From Amoebophrya sp. A120 (lineage: Eukaryota; Protista; Dinoflagellata), in assembly GCA_905178155.1 (NCBI GenBank), contig CAJINV010000002.1, positions 5,265,709 through 5,329,708 on the forward strand: a DNA stretch of 64,000 nucleotides, read 5' to 3'. The translations under genes were made by a program, and so were the position numbers. Numbering within the stretch: position 1 is the stretch's first letter; every line of letters starts with the position of its first letter. Under the pieces are notes generated by a model. The model was given only the letters and a program-made list of their open reading frames with translations, searched no databases and was not told the DNA's origin. Of this stretch, positions 59,048-64,000 are shown piece after piece.

Positions 59048-62000
59048 ATGATGCAGACCTATGGAGAGAAAAAAGTTTGTCACTGTCACTAACTTGCGGG
59101 TTTTGCATTACAAATTTTTTTAGCATCACAACTTTCGCCTGTATTGCAGAAACACTAGGGAAATCCCTAATGAAGTTTGGCTGTGATGCATTTTTACGCA
59201 TGACAAACAATTTTGTATTGCAAGAATGCGCATGAGTGATCGTGACGAACTTTTTTTCTTTGATAAGACCCCTCCTGCTTTCAACGTCGTTCCCGGTGCG
59301 CCGGCGCAGCGCAGCTCGCACGCGCCAAGCTCGGGGTATCCCACGAAAAAACTGTTTCACTGTGAACTTGTGATGCATGGAATGGAATGGAGTACTTATT
59401 TGTCTTGCTACACATGCAAGACATTGGATTTATTTTAAGGGTGTTCGTGTTTTCCCTTGGGAAGTTCGCATAGCAAATTTTCTGTGGCATGTGTAAGTAA
59501 CAAACTTCTGATGCAGATCTTGCAAAATCATCACAGTGAAACAGTTTTTTCCTGCGATACGGGGGGCTCGGTGATGAGTATCCGGAAAAAGGAGGTGGAC
59601 ATGACTGGGAAGTGGAAGTGCGCAACCTGCGGCATCATATGAAATGTAAAAATGTCTGGGTCTGGAAGAGTGCGAGGTGTGTCATGCACGTTTTGCATGA
59701 GCCATGATGTCTGTGATGCATACCCTAGCAATACAGATCTTTTGAAGGCTTCTTGATGCCTATTCCGCATGACAAATGCTCTTTCCACCGTGTAGCAACA
59801 CTTAGACCCTCTTTGCTGCCCATGCAATACAGATTTTTTTAGAATCCAAAACTTGCATGACAAGTTGGATTCTTCCAGACCCCGACATTTTTACAGTTGA
59901 TACATCATCAACCCCAACGACAAGAAGCGGTGTCAGGCCTGCAACGCCGCGCACCCGGACTTCACCGAGGAACAGCTCCAGGCGGAGACGCAAAAAACCA
60001 TAGACGGCTTCTTAGGCCGTGCCAGTGGAGCCGCAGTCAGTGCGAGTGGTATAAAGTTCTACTTGATGTATAGGTATGGTTACGTTATGGAGGTGGTTGT
60101 CAAAAAAGTTCGAATTTAATGTATGACGTGAGAGAGTGGCGATGTCATGCAATATGCCGCGACCGTGGTCCTCCGGCGCTGCCAAAATTGCAGTGCAGAT
60201 GATCCTGGTCTTGGTCCTCCTGATCCTGCAAGAATGAGCACTATGAGAAACAAATACGAACAGTACAGATTTAGTACACTCCCTTATCATCCAAAACCAC
60301 AGATGCCGCTAAAAACGCGGCTTCGGTCTTCGGTGGCGGGGGCAGCTCTTCCTCAACGAGCACCTTCACATTTGGCGCCCCAGCTCCGTCCGCCAGCGCC
60401 GGCCCGATAAAGTTCGGCACGGACAATGCCAATGCCGGAGGTTTTTCCTTCGGGAAAAAGCCGTCCGTGGACGAAAAAGTCAGCTCGGTGTTTTCCTTCG
60501 GCGCTGCAGCTGCAGCAACGTCTAGTACTTCTGGAGCGGCTGGCTCCAGCAATAACATTTTCCAGCAGGCCAGTGGCTCTATCTTTGCGAGCAACGGCGC
60601 AAACAACACGGCCGCGTCCGGATCGATTTTCGCCAGCAACCCCGCACTGGCGGCCGTGACCGGGGGTGCTGGAAGTGCTGCAAACGACGGAACAGCTGCG
60701 GCGGGGACCACGACAGCCCCAGGAGCACCTCCCGCCGGCATCGGGTTCACCTTCGACCCGAACAAGGCCGCCGCGTCGCAGGGGTCGGTGAACGCAGAGA
60801 ACGTGGCCCACGCGAAGCGTTGCGGGAAAACGAAGGAGTTGTGGCGCAACAAGAAACCGCTGCCGGGGATCCACCAGGGCGAGGTTTTTGTCTGCGGGTC
60901 GGGCGAGTGCGACCAGCTGGGGCTCGGGGACGACCAGCTGGAACGAAAAAAGCCGACGCTGCTGAAAGGTTTGTCGGACAAACAGGTGGTGAAAATCGCC
61001 GTGGGGGGCATGCACGCCCTGGTGCTGTGCCGCAACAGCCGAAACATTTACAGTTGGGGCTGCAACGACGACGGCGCGCTGGGGCGGGAGAAGGGTATCC
61101 GGGAAAACGAACCCATGCCGGTCCGCTGGGAACTGGGCACCTACTGCGAGGATCAACAGGGGACGAACAATATGCATTGCAAAAGTATCGTCCTAGTATA
61201 AATTGCATCACAAATTGAAATTTTGGCAAGAAGAAAAGTGGAATTTGTAATGCTGTTTTACCTTAGGAAGGAGATTTGTCATGCATATTTGCAATTTGTA
61301 CGACTACGATGCTTTTGCAGAGGATAAACAAGCTCGGGCTTGACGTGCTCATCGACGACAACACCCGGCATAGCAAACCGTGGACCGACCTGGTGATCAA
61401 CCACATCGCCTGCGGCGACAACCACAGCTGCGCCATTGATGCGAAGGGCAGGGTCTTCGTCTGGGGCGTCTACAAAGACGCGAACGGGTATCTATTGAAT
61501 GATTTCTTACTAGTGCTGGCCCCGCTACATTCTTTCAGGTTTTTTAAGATAATTCCATCGCCGTATTTGCCATGATGAAAAAATCAAAATCAAATTCGGA
61601 GAAAGAAATGCACACTATTTGATCAACACCAAATCCAGCTACATTGGGTTTCCGGACCATGGGAAATTCCAAGAGATTTTGTACAAGGAGGAGAAAGACG
61701 GGGATGGTAATGCAAAGAAAGTCCCGGCGCAGCAGTACTACCCCCGGGAGTTCCCAAATCTGCCCCCAATAAAAGACATCGTCTGCGGCTGCGACCACAC
61801 CGTGGCACTCGCGAAGACTGGCGAGGTATTTCTTTGTTTTTGATGGTGTAGCATGTTTTACTTTTAGTTTTGCTAACACTCACTAGGTTCACAAGCGAAG
61901 GAGCTCCTGCTCATGCGACACTGAGATTTTGCATCAATCACGCAGGAGCTGCAGGCTGTTGAACGAGATCTTTTTGATGAACTACGTGGTTGATAAAGGT

Positions 62001-64000
62001 TGAGAACCTGTCGTGCCTGATATGGAAGATGAAAACACCTCTTAAAACTGCTTACCAGGTTTTCTCTTGGGGTAGTAATTCCAACGGGCAGCTCGGCCAA
62101 GGGAAAAGGACGCCGGACCAGCCCGTGCCCGGCGGAGTCGACGAGGCGAAGGACAAGCAAGCCTACCACGATTTCAAGACACTGAAAAAAAAGTACCTGT
62201 TCCCAAACAAGATGCACTTGCCGCCCGGAAACGAGGGCGTCAGCAGGATAGGCAGCGGCAACGAAGGCACCTATATCAAAAGGAAAAATCCCCCCTCCCC
62301 ATATCAAAACGAAGTTTCTCATGCAGGATTTGCGTACACAAATAAGATTTGTCTTGCTGGAGAGGAATGCAGCCCGATACTAAGCCTAAGTAGAGAGGCT
62401 CTGGCCTAGGCGTCTAGCATGAGAGACGTCCGTGCTGTAGGCCCATCAGCATCACAAACCGCCCCCACAATGCTGCGGAGCTTGTGGAGTTGCCTTCTTG
62501 CAAGACAGACGTGATTTGAGGTCGCAAATCAGCAGCGCAAATTTTCGGAAACATACCTTTTCGATATGGGGAGGGGGGATTTTTCCTCTTAATAACCTAC
62601 ATTGTCACCAAGGGGGCGAAGTCCTACGCCTGCGGGTTGAACGGAGACAACCAACTCGGTATCATACATTGATCTGGAAAAGCATAAACTTCCTTTGCAT
62701 CCATGTAAACCGTACGTTTATTTGATGCTCTGCTCAACACTTTTAGTACTGCATCCGCAAATGCAACTGAAGCAGGCCTGCTATCGCTAAGAGTGGTCGA
62801 GTTGAAATACATATGTTCATTTCCTTGGTAACTCCAACCTCCCACAGGTCTTGGTAAGCAGCAACCGAACATCATCGAGACCCTGACCGAGCTGGTGGAA
62901 CTGCGCGGCAAGCAGATTTCGTACATTGGGGGCGGGCAGCAACACGGGTGTGCCTGGGACAAAAACGACAACCAGGTGTACACGTGGGGCCGGAAGCCTT
63001 TTACCGGCATGAACGTACCGGAGACGAACGCTGACCGCGAGTTTGCGTCCCCGGTGAAAATCCCAAAGGAGGCCTTCGCGGGAAACCGCATCACGGACTT
63101 CAACAGCTCCAGCTACACCAACTTCGCGCTGACGGATATGCAAGAAGAAAAGATCGATCGTGCAGTTGTAGAGTTTTGGTTTTCAGTGATCTTCATGCGC
63201 AGCATGCCAAATGCCGGTCTCTTTCAACATGATGTTGGCCGTGCATTGTAGTGCCCGTGAAGAAAGCGCGTTTTTGCATGTTGCTATCTTCTGGTGCGCA
63301 TCATGACAGGGGTTGCTGTTATGCCATAAAGAATTTGTATATGCTTTTTCTCCGAGACGAAAAAACACTCTCGAACTTTTTCTCTCGGATAACGGAAAAC
63401 GGAGACGTGTTTGCGTGGGGTAGTGGGGAAATGTACCAGTTAGGCAACGTGCCGAAGGACGTCGACAACTACACGAAGGAAGAGAAAGATTTGATCGAGG
63501 GAAAGTCGGAACTCGCGCCCGCACTCATGCACGCGGAAAAGTTGAAGGACAAGTACGATTTTTTTGCGATAATTTCGTTGAAGGTCATTAAGTAGTACTT
63601 CACCATAAAGAACGCAATGGCGTCGAGCCCTATATGATCTTGGTTTTGACGTACACAAAAAAACTCAGGCACTGTGCATGGAGTTTTTTTTCTTCGTGAA
63701 GACGCTGGCTCTACTTCTCATTGATTTCTGCTTTTTTTCTCGGTTTAGGTTTAGGTAGGCCGCCACCGCTGCCGGCACGGGATGGCTGTCGTCGCGACCG
63801 TCTCACCTTCGATCTACGCCTTCTCCTGCTGCACAAGTTCGATCCGGAAAGGGTTTAGTTTAGGTTTCAGGGTTTAGGATATCCACTTTAAATCGACCTA
63901 GGTCGTTCTGCAAAAGTTGTGATTCCATCTATCCCACGAAAAAATAAACAGATACATTCTTTCCGTCGCTGGCGGTAGTCAGCACACGGTGATCCTGGCC
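59048..64000 (+). CDS. RCC1: Regulator of chromosome condensation 1 (RCC1) family protein with N-terminal RanBP2-type zinc finger and FG-rich linker; runs off the window
   Basis: Reconstructed WKCATCGIINPNDKKRCQAC; FTFG/FSFG motifs; RCC1 repeats GEVFVCGSGECDQLGLG, IAVGGMHALVL, YSWGCNDDGALGR, IACGDNHSCAI, FSWGSNSNGQLG, VAGGSQHTVIL; 6 introners and several GT-AG introns. Confidence 0.9.
59060..59265. mobile_element. Introner (C-like)
   Basis: TATGGAGAGAAAAAAGTTTGTCAC / GTGACGAACTTTTTTTCTTTGATA; perfect DR AGACC. Confidence 0.9.
59337..59559. mobile_element. Introner family C
   Basis: TATCCCACGAAAAAACTGTTTCACTGTG / CACAGTGAAACAGTTTTTTCCTGCGATA; perfect DR CGGGG. Confidence 0.93.
59638..59902. 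mobile_element. Introner family A splitting the RanBP2 zinc finger
   Basis: TIRs; perfect DR CATCA; 270-nt removal gives exact W-x-C-x2-C-x3-N-x6-C-x2-C. Confidence 0.95.
61171..61326. mobile_element. Introner family D
   Basis: TIRs; perfect DR AACAA; frame restored. Confidence 0.93.
62274..62594. mobile_element. Introner family B
   Basis: TIRs; perfect DR ACCTA; removal restores the RCC1 repeat. Confidence 0.93.
63137..63391. mobile_element. Introner (C-like, diverged)
   Basis: TATGCAAGAAGAAAAGATCG / CGAACTTTTTCTCTCGGATA; perfect DR ACGGA; restores NFALTENGDVFAWGSG. Confidence 0.88.
63742..63878 (+). repeat. Interstitial telomere-like (TTTAGG/TTTAGGG) tracts inside GT-AG intron 63553-63951
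   Basis: GGTTTAGGTTTAGGTAGG at 63742 and GGGTTTAGTTTAGGTTTCAGGGTTTAGG at 63851. Confidence 0.6.

Noticed and set aside
8144-62594. Recurrent peptides in the ORF track (KMSGSGR, CKNVWVW, LPDPDIF, KIPPPHI, YGEGGFF)
   Set aside because: These are translations of introner TIRs in various frames, not a protein repeat family
1-64000. Autonomous transposase, tRNA/rRNA or spliced-leader gene
   Set aside because: None recognised by eye; a computational scan would be needed to exclude them

Overview
Eukaryotic, gene-dense DNA with essentially all genes on the + strand; gene style, TTTAGGG-like motifs and the intron type point to a dinoflagellate-lineage alveolate, most likely the parasite Amoebophrya (inference). 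The dominant signal is about 43 short (150-415 bp) MITE-like elements from at least five terminal-inverted-repeat (TIR) families (A-E). Most have TA(T)...(A)TA ends and a 5-bp direct repeat (DR), and all lie inside coding exons. In every case checked by hand, removing the element plus one DR copy restores the reading frame, so they behave as non-canonical introns (introners). They occur in either orientation, often have no possible GT-AG/GC-AG/AT-AC boundary, and one is nested in the boundary of another. Reconstructed genes include an RCC1 protein with a RanBP2 zinc finger and FG repeats, a probable enolase-4-like protein, an EF-hand protein, an E/V-rich repeat protein and two zinc-finger proteins. 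One zinc-finger gene carries an apparent pair of mutually exclusive exons. A tandem family of three secreted-type precursors has a conserved leader and unrelated Cys-rich C-termini. A 2.4-kb hairpin-rich non-genic block may be a retroelement relic.
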